Of a stretch of DNA of 64,000 nucleotides, positions 38,625-48,218 are shown in pieces. The position numbers were made by a program, and so were the translations under genes. How positions within the stretch are numbered: the first letter of the stretch is position 1; every line of letters starts with the position of its first letter. The notes below the pieces were generated by a model. It was not told the DNA's origin, did not search any database, and was given only the letters and a program-made list of their open reading frames with translations. The stretch is from an uncultured Bacteroidales bacterium (lineage in GTDB: Bacteria; Bacteroidota; Bacteroidia; Bacteroidales; VadinHA17), in contig CAVRYU010000005.1 of NCBI GenBank assembly GCA_963725585.1, positions 132,671 through 196,670 on the forward strand, written 5' to 3'.

Positions 38625-40994
38625 TCATTCAGTTTTCAGGGAACTGGCAGGGTTCAGTACCGATGCCTGATAAGCCTTGTAACTTATTGTAATAAAAGTT
38701 AACATGATTGTCATTAAAGCTGCACCTGCCATGATAGATATCCCGATATTTGTGCGGTAGACATAGTTTTCGAGCCAGTTGCTCATAAAATAATATGCCG
38801 CCGGGATGGCTATAATGATTGAAATTAAAACAAGTATTATGAAGTCTCTCGATATTAATCTAATTATAACACCCTCATCAGCCCCGAAAACTTTTCTGAT
38901 GCCGATCTCCCGGGTCCTTTGTTCTACCATGTAAGAGGCAAGTCCAAACAATCCGAGGCAGGCAATAAGGATTGCAAGAATTGTAAAAATTGTAAAAATC
39001 TTACCCCGCTTCTCATCAGCCTCAAACTGCCTGTTAAACCTTTCAGACAGAAAAGTATATGTAAAAGGCTGATCAGGAAAGACCTCTTTCCATTTGTTCT
39101 CAATGAAACTTATGGTTTGCTCTTTATTGTTCCCGCTAAGCTTAATATAAATAATATTATTTCTTTCCCTGTAAACCAACATGAGTGACTCAATCTCATT
39201 GTACATACCGGTCTGATGATAATCTTTCATGACACCTATTACCCTTGCGTTGATCTGGGCCCCATCTCCCAGCTGTACCTTTTTCCCGATTGCATCGCTC
39301 CATCCCAATCTTTTTGCAAGAGTTTCGTTAACAACAACTCCGGTGAGCGTATCTGAAGGCATATCCTGTTGAAAATCCCTGCCGCTTATTATCTTGATGC
39401 CGAGAGCATCAATAAAGTCATGATCCACAACTGCAAAATTTATCCCCCTCTGAGACATTCCCTGGTCTGTTTCCATATTAAAAATTACTTTGCCAGAACC
39501 TTCTCCGATCTGGGTATTTGTCGATGTTACATATTTTATTTCATTGTTCTCCAGAAGGGCAAGTTTGAGGACCGGGTATTTTCTGACCATTCCCTGGTTA
39601 AGCTCAAGTGTGAGAACGTTTTCCTGATTAAATCCCTGGTCCATGCTTTTAAGATATTTCAGCTGACGGAAAACCACCATTGTGCATATTATCATGCCAA
39701 CTGATATTGTAAACTGGATGACAACCAGGGTCTTTCTGAAAAGAGTGCCGGCGGAACCCTGTGTGATCTCACCCTTCAGGACAGTCAACGGGCTGAATCT
39801 TGATAGAAAGAAAGCAGGATAACTGCCTCCTAATATGCCGGTTAAAAGAACGATCCCAAGGACTGATATTATTACAATAGGGCTGACCAGAGTGCTGAGA
39901 TTGAACGATTTTCCTGCAAGAAGGTTGAACTTGGGCAGAAGAATTATAAGGAGGATAATGCTTAGTAAAAGTGATATAAGTGTAAGTATTACAGACTCGG
40001 ACAGAAATTGTGTAACAAGGGGTCCCCTGCGCGACCCGACAACTTTCCGTAAGCCAACTTCCCTTGCACGTCTTGACGATCGGGCAGTAGAAAGGTTCAT
40101 ATAATTCATTGCAGCTATCAGAATAAGAAAAAGAGCGACAATTCCAAAAATAATCACATAAGTTATACTGCCGGTCGGCTCTGGTTCCCCTGGATTGGTT
40201 GAGTAGAGGTGTATTTTGGTGATCGGCTCAAGAATATATTCAATTTTGATTTTCAGTGGTTCGAATATTGTCTTCATATGGGCATCATACATTCCCTGAA
40301 TCTTGGTTTCGAATGCCTTAACATCATAATTCTGAGGAAACAGGAGATAAGTAAACACGCCGAAATTGCCCCATGATCCGAGTTGTTTTGGAAGGTTATT
40401 CCTTGCCGAAACAGCATCAAAACGAAAGTGGGAATTAGACGGAACGTCTTCAATAATCCCTGTAACCTCAAAAGTATTATCACCCGCGGTTAGCGTTTTT
40501 CCTATGGGGTCGGCATTACCAAAGTACCTTGCAGCCGCGGTTTCGGTAAGGACTATTTTACCAGGATCCCTAACAGCCGTCAGAACTTCACCTTTGAGGA
40601 CTTTATATGAAAATATATCGAACAGTGTGGAATCAGCATAATAGAAATCCTCTTCAATATATTCTTTGTCCTCATACTTGTAAAGGGACCGGGGCATATT
40701 TATGAATCGAACAAAAGACTGGACTTCGGGATAATCCTGGACCACCTGCGGCCCCATAGGTATCTGGGCAACATTCCAGGTGAACTGATCATCCGGTTCA
40801 GTAATTTTTGCTGAAACTCGGTAAATCCTTCCGGCATTTTCATGATAACGGTCATAGCTGAGTTCGTCAGTAACGTAGATTATCAGAAACAGCGCACTCG
40901 AGATACCCAGTGTCAATCCAAGTATATTTAAAATACTGTAACCCGGATGTTTGAGAATATGTCTTAGAGCGGTCTTAATGAGATTTTTTATCAT
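38625..40994 (-). CDS. ABC transporter permease, MacB/FtsX type (paralogue 2)
   Basis: 789 aa with the same architecture and shared motifs (ELSYDRYHENAGRIYRV, C-terminus NPASSLKTE). Confidence 0.85.
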   Translation of the reverse strand: MIKNLIKTALRHILKHPGYSILNILGLTLGISSALFLIIYVTDELSYDRYHENAGRIYRVSAKITEPDDQFTWNVAQIPMGPQVVQDYPEVQSFVRFINMPRSLYKYEDKEYIEEDFYYADSTLFDIFSYKVLKGEVLTAVRDPGKIVLTETAAARYFGNADPIGKTLTAGDNTFEVTGIIEDVPSNSHFRFDAVSARNNLPKQLGSWGNFGVFTYLLFPQNYDVKAFETKIQGMYDAHMKTIFEPLKIKIEYILEPITKIHLYSTNPGEPEPTGSITYVIIFGIVALFLILIAAMNYMNLSTARSSRRAREVGLRKVVGSRRGPLVTQFLSESVILTLISLLLSIILLIILLPKFNLLAGKSFNLSTLVSPIVIISVLGIVLLTGILGGSYPAFFLSRFSPLTVLKGEITQGSAGTLFRKTLVVIQFTISVGMIICTMVVFRQLKYLKSMDQGFNQENVLTLELNQGMVRKYPVLKLALLENNEIKYVTSTNTQIGEGSGKVIFNMETDQGMSQRGINFAVVDHDFIDALGIKIISGRDFQQDMPSDTLTGVVVNETLAKRLGWSDAIGKKVQLGDGAQINARVIGVMKDYHQTGMYNEIESLMLVYRERNNIIYIKLSGNNKEQTISFIENKWKEVFPDQPFTYTFLSERFNRQFEADEKRGKIFTIFTILAILIACLGLFGLASYMVEQRTREIGIRKVFGADEGVIIRLISRDFIILVLISIIIAIPAAYYFMSNWLENYVYRTNIGISIMAGAALMTIMLTFITISYKAYQASVLNPASSLKTE

Positions 40995-41200
40995 GGTTTA
41001 TTATTAAGGTTAATATGAAAATTAAAATTAAGCTATTAATTATCTTTATCACAGGTTTGTTAAAACATTAACAATACATTAACGGATTCCGGCAGAAAGG
41101 ACAACTGTTTTTTATTCTGCCATATGAAAGACATTATTTTTTTCAAAATGCAACAGAAAAGAATAAAAATCGTCTTTTATGCAAGTTCAAAATTCAGACT

Positions 41201-43573
41201 ATGATTAAAAACGTATGCCGTCTGGCGTGGCGTAATGTATTTAGAAATAAGGTTTTTGCATTTCTGAATATTACAGGTCTTGCTGTCGGACTTACTGCTT
41301 CACTTCTGATTCTTCTCTGGATTCAGGATGAGTTAAGCTTTGAAAAGTTTAATGTAAACGCTGAAAATATTTACAGGGTTGAAGAAGACCAGTTCTATTC
41401 CGGCGAAAGGTATCATGTAACGGTGACACCTCACCCGAGTGGACCAGTGTGGAAGGAAAAAATCCCGGAAATTAAAGAACAGACCCGCCTAAACAGGCTT
41501 CCGCGTATTTTGTTCAGACAGGATGATAAAGTTTTTTTTGAATCTTCAATAATTGCAGCTGATTCTGGTCTATTTAAAGTATTCACTATGCCTCTGGTTT
41601 TGGGTGATCCTGAAACTGCTCTTTCTTCCCCTCACTCGATAGTTTTGACTGAAAAGCTGGCGGCAAAGTATTTTGGAGAATCAAATCCAATTGGAAAAAC
41701 ACTCAATCTCGAGAATAAATACCAGTTCATGATAACCGGAGTAATGAAAGATCTTCCAAAGAATTCCATGTTTACATTTGAAGGTGTTCTTCCATATTCA
41801 TTTCTGTCTGAGATAGGTGTTATTAGCAACTCATGGGGAAATAATTCAATCCTCACCTTTGTTCTTTGTGAAAAGGGAATCGATATTGAAGCAGTAAACA
41901 AGAAATTAACTGAAGTTGTACTTGAAAATCTTCCTGAAACTACGACAAAATATCTTCTTTTTCCGCTTCTTAATATTCATCTTCATTCACAGTTTGGCTT
42001 TGAGATAAGTAAAGGTCCTGTGATTGTAATTTACATCTTCACCCTTATTGCCATATTTGTCCTTCTTATTGCATGCTTTAATTTTATCAATCTTTCAACG
42101 GCCAAGGCTGCTGGCCGTTCAAAGGAAATAGCAGTCAAAAAAGTGGCTGGGGCTGATCAGAAGACATTGATAATTCAATTCATGGTTGAATCTTTCTTCC
42201 TTGTTTTTGTTGCACTGATTGCAGCTTTTATCCTTATGGGACTATTACTTCCTTTGTTTAACAATACTTCAGGTAAGAATTTCATCCTTTCCGACCTCTT
42301 TAATATCAGGTTCATAATTAGTCTATTAGCTGTCGGATCTTTAGCAGGCGTTATAGCAGGTTTATATCCTGCTCTATACCTGGCCTCTTTTAAACCGGTT
42401 TCAATCTTAAAAGGAGAGACTGTTTCCGCCAAAGGTAACGGGAAGCTACGGCAAATCCTGGTAATAACTCAGTTTACACTTTCAATACTTATTGCAGTTG
42501 CCTCAGTTTTTATGTATCTTCAGCTTAAACACCTCCAGAATAAAGATCTGGGATTTGATAAGAAAAACCTATTGTGTATTCCTCTTGCTGATGGCATGAA
42601 ACCAAAATATTATTCTCTTAAGAATGAGCTTTTGGAGGAATCTGTTATCGAAGGGGTTACTGCTTCAAGGAGTAATCCCGTAAGGATTGGGAGTAATTCG
42701 GGTGGAGCCGGATGGGAGGGAAAGGATCCTGAAAAACGCGTCCTGATAGGAACTAATGCCGTTGATTATGATTACCTCGAAACAATGAAAATGAAACTGG
42801 TCTCCGGTCGGAATTTCTCAAGAGAATATATATCTGATCTTGTAAAAGACACAACAGGTAATTTCCTGGTTAATGAGGAAGTTGTAAAGATCATGGGTGT
42901 TGATGAGGCAGTGGGTAAAAGTTTCAACTTTATGGGTTTAAAGGGCAGGATTGTCGGAGTTATGAAGAATTTTAATTTTAAGGGAGCTGACCAGCCGATT
43001 GAACCTATTGCCTTTGCATTGACCGATCCAGCTTTTTTGAACTTTATTCTCATCAGGCTTGCTCCCGGAAATACTCCGGTAGCACTAGAAACTGCTAAAA
43101 ATGTTTGGAGCAAAATATTTCCTGAATACCCGTTCGACTATTTCTTTATCGACGAGGATTATGGTAATCTCTTCCGATCTCAGCTTCGTCTCACAGGTTT
43201 ATTGAAGTACTTCACCATCCTGGCTGTAATTATTGCCTGCCTTGGCCTCTATGGATTATCAGCTTATTCCGCTGAGAGAAGGACAAACGAGATTGGAATC
43301 AGAAAAGTGATGGGAGCCGGAACCACCACAATATTATATTCAATGGTGAAAGAATTCCTGTTACTTGTAATCATCGCTCTGATTGTTGCTTTGCCTTTGT
43401 CATGGATTGTTGTCTCAAATCTGCTAAAACAATTTGCAAGCAGAATTGAAATAAGTATTTCTGTTTTTGCCATTATTGCAGCCGGTACTTTGATCATCGC
43501 TCTGACAACTGTTTTTTTCCAGGCATACAAAGCATCATTAATAAATCCGGCACTTGCACTTAAATCTGAATAA
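41201..43573 (+). CDS. ABC transporter permease, MacB/FtsX type (paralogue 3)
   Basis: 790 aa with ELSFEKFNVNAENIYRV and C-terminus NPALALKSE. Confidence 0.85.
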   Translation: MIKNVCRLAWRNVFRNKVFAFLNITGLAVGLTASLLILLWIQDELSFEKFNVNAENIYRVEEDQFYSGERYHVTVTPHPSGPVWKEKIPEIKEQTRLNRLPRILFRQDDKVFFESSIIAADSGLFKVFTMPLVLGDPETALSSPHSIVLTEKLAAKYFGESNPIGKTLNLENKYQFMITGVMKDLPKNSMFTFEGVLPYSFLSEIGVISNSWGNNSILTFVLCEKGIDIEAVNKKLTEVVLENLPETTTKYLLFPLLNIHLHSQFGFEISKGPVIVIYIFTLIAIFVLLIACFNFINLSTAKAAGRSKEIAVKKVAGADQKTLIIQFMVESFFLVFVALIAAFILMGLLLPLFNNTSGKNFILSDLFNIRFIISLLAVGSLAGVIAGLYPALYLASFKPVSILKGETVSAKGNGKLRQILVITQFTLSILIAVASVFMYLQLKHLQNKDLGFDKKNLLCIPLADGMKPKYYSLKNELLEESVIEGVTASRSNPVRIGSNSGGAGWEGKDPEKRVLIGTNAVDYDYLETMKMKLVSGRNFSREYISDLVKDTTGNFLVNEEVVKIMGVDEAVGKSFNFMGLKGRIVGVMKNFNFKGADQPIEPIAFALTDPAFLNFILIRLAPGNTPVALETAKNVWSKIFPEYPFDYFFIDEDYGNLFRSQLRLTGLLKYFTILAVIIACLGLYGLSAYSAERRTNEIGIRKVMGAGTTTILYSMVKEFLLLVIIALIVALPLSWIVVSNLLKQFASRIEISISVFAIIAAGTLIIALTTVFFQAYKASLINPALALKSE

Positions 43574-43593
43574 TATTCTAAAACCCTACCAGT

Positions 43594-46014
43594 ATGTTTA
43601 ACAACCTCCTTAGATACAGTTTGAGATCATTCAAACGTCAGCGATCTTACATAATAATTAATATACTTGGACTCTCCATTGGTATAGCCTGCAGTCTGTT
43701 GATTGCCCTTTTTGTAATAAACGAGGCAAGTTATGATAAGTTTAACCTAAAGAAAGACAGGATCTTCAGGACCATCCTTAATGGGAAAATAGGAGGTCAG
43801 GAATTAACAATCTCTACTTCAGCAGCAGTTATGGGACCTACAATGATAAAGGAGTTTCCTGAAATCGAGGATTTCCTCAGAATGACAGGAACCGGACCTA
43901 CCGTTGTTGAATATAACAGCCAGGTATTTACTGAGGAACATCTGGTTGAAGCAGATTCTTCATTCTTTAACTTTTTCACGATACCAGTCCTTAAAGGAGA
44001 TCCGGCTAATTTGCTTAATGCACCACATAAAGTAGTATTGTCGGAATCAACAGCAAAAAGAATATTTGGGGACGAAAATCCAATCGACAAGCCAATAAAA
44101 ATTGGATCAGACACTGTTCGGTATATTGTATCGGGGGTGATGGGCGATGTTCCCGGAAATTCTCATTTTGAGGCAAACATGGTTTCTTCCTTTATGACCA
44201 ATCCACGATCCCAGAATCCGATATGGCTCAGCAACAGCTTCAGTACTTATTTCTTGCTTAAAGCGAATACAAGCTACAAGAAAGTTGAAGAAAAGATTCC
44301 AGCTATGCTCGAAAAATATCTTGGACCAGAAATCCAGCAGTATATGGGGATAAGCCTGGAAGACTTTCTTTCACAGGGAAATAAATACAGGTTTTATCTT
44401 CAGAATCTTGCTGATGCCCACCTCGATCCATCAATTCAACAGGAGTTTAAGGCTGCAGGCGATCCGAAGTACTTGCTTATTTTTGGAAGCGTTGCGATAC
44501 TTATTGTTCTGATTGCAGCTGTTAATTTCATGAATCTTTCAACTGCGCAGGCCTCCAGGAGAGCAAAGGAGGTGGGTATTAAAAAGATTTCCGGATCAAC
44601 AAGAGGCATGCTTATTATCCAGTTCCTTTCTGAGTCATTTATACTTTCTCTTATATCAATGTTTTTCGCTCTGGTTTTAATAAAAGTCACTCTTCCTTAT
44701 TTTAATGATTTGCTTGGTACCAACCTGACAATGGGACTTTTCAAAAACTGGTACACGATACCTGGTCTTATCCTTTTTACTGTGATTGTAGGATTTCTTT
44801 CAGGTAGTTATCCTGCTCTGTTCCTCTCATCGTTCAATCCATATGAAGTTCTTAAGGGAAGTGTGAGGAATAGTCAGAATAACGGAAGGCTCCGACGCAT
44901 CCTTGTTGTTTTCCAGTTTGCTGTATCGATACTCCTGATTATTGGCACATTGATTATGTACAGGCAGATTAACTACATGATCAACAAAGATGTTGGCTTC
45001 AACAAAGAACAGGTAATTGTTATTAACAGGGCGGGGGCTGTCGGGGGGAAAATGAAATCTTTTAAAGAGACTGTAAAGAATATTCCTGGGGTAGTCAATA
45101 TATCAAGCTCCACTGCAGTTCCTGGCCGGATAAACAATAATAATGGTTATATGATTGAAGGCAGAAAGGATGAAACATTTCTTGCAGTAACCAACTGGGC
45201 TGATTATAACTTTTTGGAAACTTATGGAATGACGCTTGTTTCGGGAAGAAATTTTAATGAGTCTTATTCATCGGACCAACAGGCGTGCTTAATTAATGAG
45301 ACAGCCAAAAAAGATTTTAATATCACAGATATCGAAAAAGCACGATTCATGAATCCTGACGATTCAGGTAAAATTGCTTATATTCCTGTTATTGGAGTTG
45401 TGAAAAACTTTAATTTTGAATCCCTTCGAAATCCCATAGGTCCCTATTTAATAAGGTTTCAGAATGAAGGTATGGTTTGGGGTTATATTTCGGTCAGGTT
45501 ATCACCACAAAATATCTCAAAGACAATCAGCGCAATCGAAAAGGTATGGAAGGAATATGTTTCAAACAATCCTTTACAATATTACTTTGTTGATGAGGAT
45601 TTTGAGAAGATGTATATCCAGGAAAAGCAAAATGCACAGATGGCTGTTATTTTTTCAATACTAGCAATTTTTGTTGCGTCAATCGGACTTTTCGGACTCA
45701 CCTCTTTCACTGTTGAGCAGAGAACAAAAGAGATCGGAGTAAGAAAAGCAATGGGGTCATCAGTAAGTGGTATATTTTTTGTTATTTCCAGAGAGGTCCT
45801 GATTCTGGTTTCAATTTCGGCACTGATAGCATGGCCGTTAATTTATTATATTGCAGGGAAGTGGCTCGAAAACTTTTATTACCGGATCAACCCGGGCATG
45901 GTGAGTCTTTTTGCGGGTTTGGGCATTGCCCTGGGTATAGCTTTGATAACAATTAGTTACAGGATTATGAAGGCTGCCAGTATCAATCCGGCTCAGTCGC
46001 TTAAATATGAATAA
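43594..46014 (+). CDS. ABC transporter permease, MacB/FtsX type (paralogue 4)
   Basis: 806 aa, starting 20 nt after paralogue 3. EASYDKFNLKKDRIFRT and C-terminus NPAQSLKYE. Confidence 0.85.
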   Translation: MFNNLLRYSLRSFKRQRSYIIINILGLSIGIACSLLIALFVINEASYDKFNLKKDRIFRTILNGKIGGQELTISTSAAVMGPTMIKEFPEIEDFLRMTGTGPTVVEYNSQVFTEEHLVEADSSFFNFFTIPVLKGDPANLLNAPHKVVLSESTAKRIFGDENPIDKPIKIGSDTVRYIVSGVMGDVPGNSHFEANMVSSFMTNPRSQNPIWLSNSFSTYFLLKANTSYKKVEEKIPAMLEKYLGPEIQQYMGISLEDFLSQGNKYRFYLQNLADAHLDPSIQQEFKAAGDPKYLLIFGSVAILIVLIAAVNFMNLSTAQASRRAKEVGIKKISGSTRGMLIIQFLSESFILSLISMFFALVLIKVTLPYFNDLLGTNLTMGLFKNWYTIPGLILFTVIVGFLSGSYPALFLSSFNPYEVLKGSVRNSQNNGRLRRILVVFQFAVSILLIIGTLIMYRQINYMINKDVGFNKEQVIVINRAGAVGGKMKSFKETVKNIPGVVNISSSTAVPGRINNNNGYMIEGRKDETFLAVTNWADYNFLETYGMTLVSGRNFNESYSSDQQACLINETAKKDFNITDIEKARFMNPDDSGKIAYIPVIGVVKNFNFESLRNPIGPYLIRFQNEGMVWGYISVRLSPQNISKTISAIEKVWKEYVSNNPLQYYFVDEDFEKMYIQEKQNAQMAVIFSILAIFVASIGLFGLTSFTVEQRTKEIGVRKAMGSSVSGIFFVISREVLILVSISALIAWPLIYYIAGKWLENFYYRINPGMVSLFAGLGIALGIALITISYRIMKAASINPAQSLKYE

Positions 46015-46057
46015 AACCTACTTGTATTTTTTTAATTTGACCTTAAAAATTCTAAAT

Positions 46058-46094
46058 AATAGTAGAGACGCCCAATTTGGGCGTCTCTACTATT
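46058..46094. repeat. Palindromic repeat AATAGTAGAGACGCCCAATTTGGGCGTCTCTACTATT (family copy), likely bidirectional terminator
   Basis: 37-bp perfect palindrome between the convergent permease gene (end 46014) and the PH/GRAM-like gene (end 46135). Confidence 0.85.
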
Positions 46095-46134
46095 ATAATA
46101 TAATATTCAAATATATAGTGTTGTAACATGTACT

Positions 46135-46443
46135 TTAATACATCTTATTTATAAGCTGGCCTATCTCATCCCGTTTCTTCAGGGGAAAAGCGTAATTTCT
46201 CCCGTCCCGGGTAACAATATTCAGACCTTTCGCAAAAAACAATCCCTTGTTATAGAAAATTACCTCAAGAATGTTTTCAAAAAGGATTTCCAGGTTAGAA
46301 AAACTGCTCTTTTCTTCAAGCGGCTTAAAATAAATCCTCTGATTTGTTACAATCAGTTTCCCCTCTATAGTTTTGTTCTCAATAACCTGGTTGGTATCGC
46401 CAGCCTTAAGGACAACTTCGTTTGCATTTAATTTTACCGTCAT
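46135..46443 (-). CDS. Small PH/GRAM-like domain protein (hypothetical)
   Basis: 102 aa. GKLIVTNQRIYFKP resembles the GRAM / bacterial PH motif. Weak assignment. Confidence 0.4.
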   Translation of the reverse strand: MTVKLNANEVVLKAGDTNQVIENKTIEGKLIVTNQRIYFKPLEEKSSFSNLEILFENILEVIFYNKGLFFAKGLNIVTRDGRNYAFPLKKRDEIGQLINKMY

Positions 46444-46816
46444 GGCTCATGTAATTTATTTGCCCTATCTACCAATTCCAACTTATGTTTGAAATTCTGT
46501 AATAAAGACGGATATCAAATTAAAATGATGCATGAAAGCGAGACTTATTCTTCTTCTTTTTATTTTTACTTTGCTTTTACCTTTTGTTACGGATTACATT
46601 GATTATGAATCGAATAACTAGAATTCAGAATCCATTATGTAGGAATGCCAATTTCATTGATAACAGAATCTGACCGGTTGTTGCGATGATCTCTCAGATA
46701 TTATTATTGAATGTGTATCAATGTTATATTTCAACCAGTATCGGAATTTTTAATAAATTGTCTATTTATTTGACACACTGCGGATATAATTACGTCTTTT
46801 AGAAAAATCCTATAGT

Positions 46817-48181
46817 ATGATAAACCGGACTCTATTGGTTGTTGATGAAAATAAGAGCATACTTAATGCCCTTGAGCGGATAATGAAAAATGAGTTTAAG
46901 AAGCTTATTACTATTGCAAATCCAAACAGGATAAATGAGATTTTAAGAAAGAATGAAGTTGATATTGTAATGCTTGACATGAACTTCACATCAGGAATTC
47001 ACAACGGCAACGAGGGGCTGTTCTGGATGAGAGAGATTTTTAATCACGACAGAAATATCAGTGTTATTATAGTCACTGCTTCCGGTGATATTGAGCTGGC
47101 AGTAAAGGCAATAAAAGAAGGTGCTGTTGACTTTATCCTCAAGCCATGGGACGATTCAAGACTTCTGGCAACAATTAATGTGGCATGGCAGCTTAGGCTT
47201 TCCCGGCTTGAGGCATCCACTCTGAAAAGAGCCAATCAGCAGTTGAAGAAAGAGATTAACATGGGAGCGGAGAAGATTGTTCTGGGTGCCTCTCCCACAA
47301 TGATCAATGTTATGAATATTGTGCGAAAAGTTGCTGGAACTGATGCCAATATCCTTATTACAGGTGAGAACGGTACAGGGAAGGAACTTGTGGCCAGGGA
47401 AATCCATAATCTCTCAGGTAGGGCAGGGGAACTGATGGTTAGTGTTGATATGGGCTCAATTACTGAAACACTTTTCGAAAGCGAATTATTCGGCCACGTA
47501 AAGGGTGCCTTTACAGATGCCATGGATGATCGTAAAGGTAAGTTTGAACTTGCTCAAAATGGGACCCTTTTTCTTGATGAGATAGGGAATCTCTCGTTGC
47601 AGTCACAGACCAAACTTCTCAGTGTCCTTCAGAACAGATTTATTGTGAGAGTTGGCTCAAATAGGCAGATTCCCATTAATATACGTCTTGTTTGTGCTAC
47701 GAATTGCAACCTTTTGCAAATGGTCAGAGATGGGAAGTTCCGGGAAGATCTCTTTTATCGTATAAATACAATTATGATAGAAGTGCCTCCATTGCGCGAC
47801 AGAGTTGATGATATTCCCATCCTGGCTAATTATTTTCTCAGAGTAAATTGTGAGAGATATGGAAAGGATTTACTTAAGATCAGTACCCATGCTCTTGAAA
47901 AACTAGCCAATCATAACTGGCCAGGTAACGTAAGAGAACTTCAGCATTCAATTGAAAAAGCTGTTATAATGACCGACTCTCCGGTTCTTAAACCATCGGA
48001 CTTTGTTTTCACCTCATCACCGGTAAATATTGCATATGATGAATTAACGCTGGAGGAGATGGAGAAAAAGATGATCATTGACAGTCTTAAGAGGCATTTC
48101 GATAATATCAGTATTGTTTCGGAAAAGCTTGGTATTACCCGGCAGACATTATATAATAAGATGAAAAAGTATGGTTTATAA
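46817..48181 (+). CDS. Sigma-54-dependent response regulator (REC + AAA+ + Fis-type HTH, NtrC family)
   Basis: 454 aa. Receiver LLVVDEN..IVMLDMNF. Walker A GENGTGKE. GAFTDA motif. ESELFGH. Walker B LFLDEIG. C-terminal HTH KLGITRQTLYNKMKKYGL. Confidence 0.9.
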   Translation: MINRTLLVVDENKSILNALERIMKNEFKKLITIANPNRINEILRKNEVDIVMLDMNFTSGIHNGNEGLFWMREIFNHDRNISVIIVTASGDIELAVKAIKEGAVDFILKPWDDSRLLATINVAWQLRLSRLEASTLKRANQQLKKEINMGAEKIVLGASPTMINVMNIVRKVAGTDANILITGENGTGKELVAREIHNLSGRAGELMVSVDMGSITETLFESELFGHVKGAFTDAMDDRKGKFELAQNGTLFLDEIGNLSLQSQTKLLSVLQNRFIVRVGSNRQIPINIRLVCATNCNLLQMVRDGKFREDLFYRINTIMIEVPPLRDRVDDIPILANYFLRVNCERYGKDLLKISTHALEKLANHNWPGNVRELQHSIEKAVIMTDSPVLKPSDFVFTSSPVNIAYDELTLEEMEKKMIIDSLKRHFDNISIVSEKLGITRQTLYNKMKKYGL

Positions 48182-48218
48182 GAAACGATTAGCGGATTTA
48201 CCCATTGATCAACAATTA

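Noticed and set aside
40995-41200. Sigma-54 or shared regulatory site in the divergent spacer between permease paralogues 2 and 3
   Set aside because: There is only a 7-bp inverted repeat (GGCAGAA...TTCTGCC), with no GG-N10-GC arrangement on either strand and no exact TAnnTTTG. Nothing is strong enough to call.
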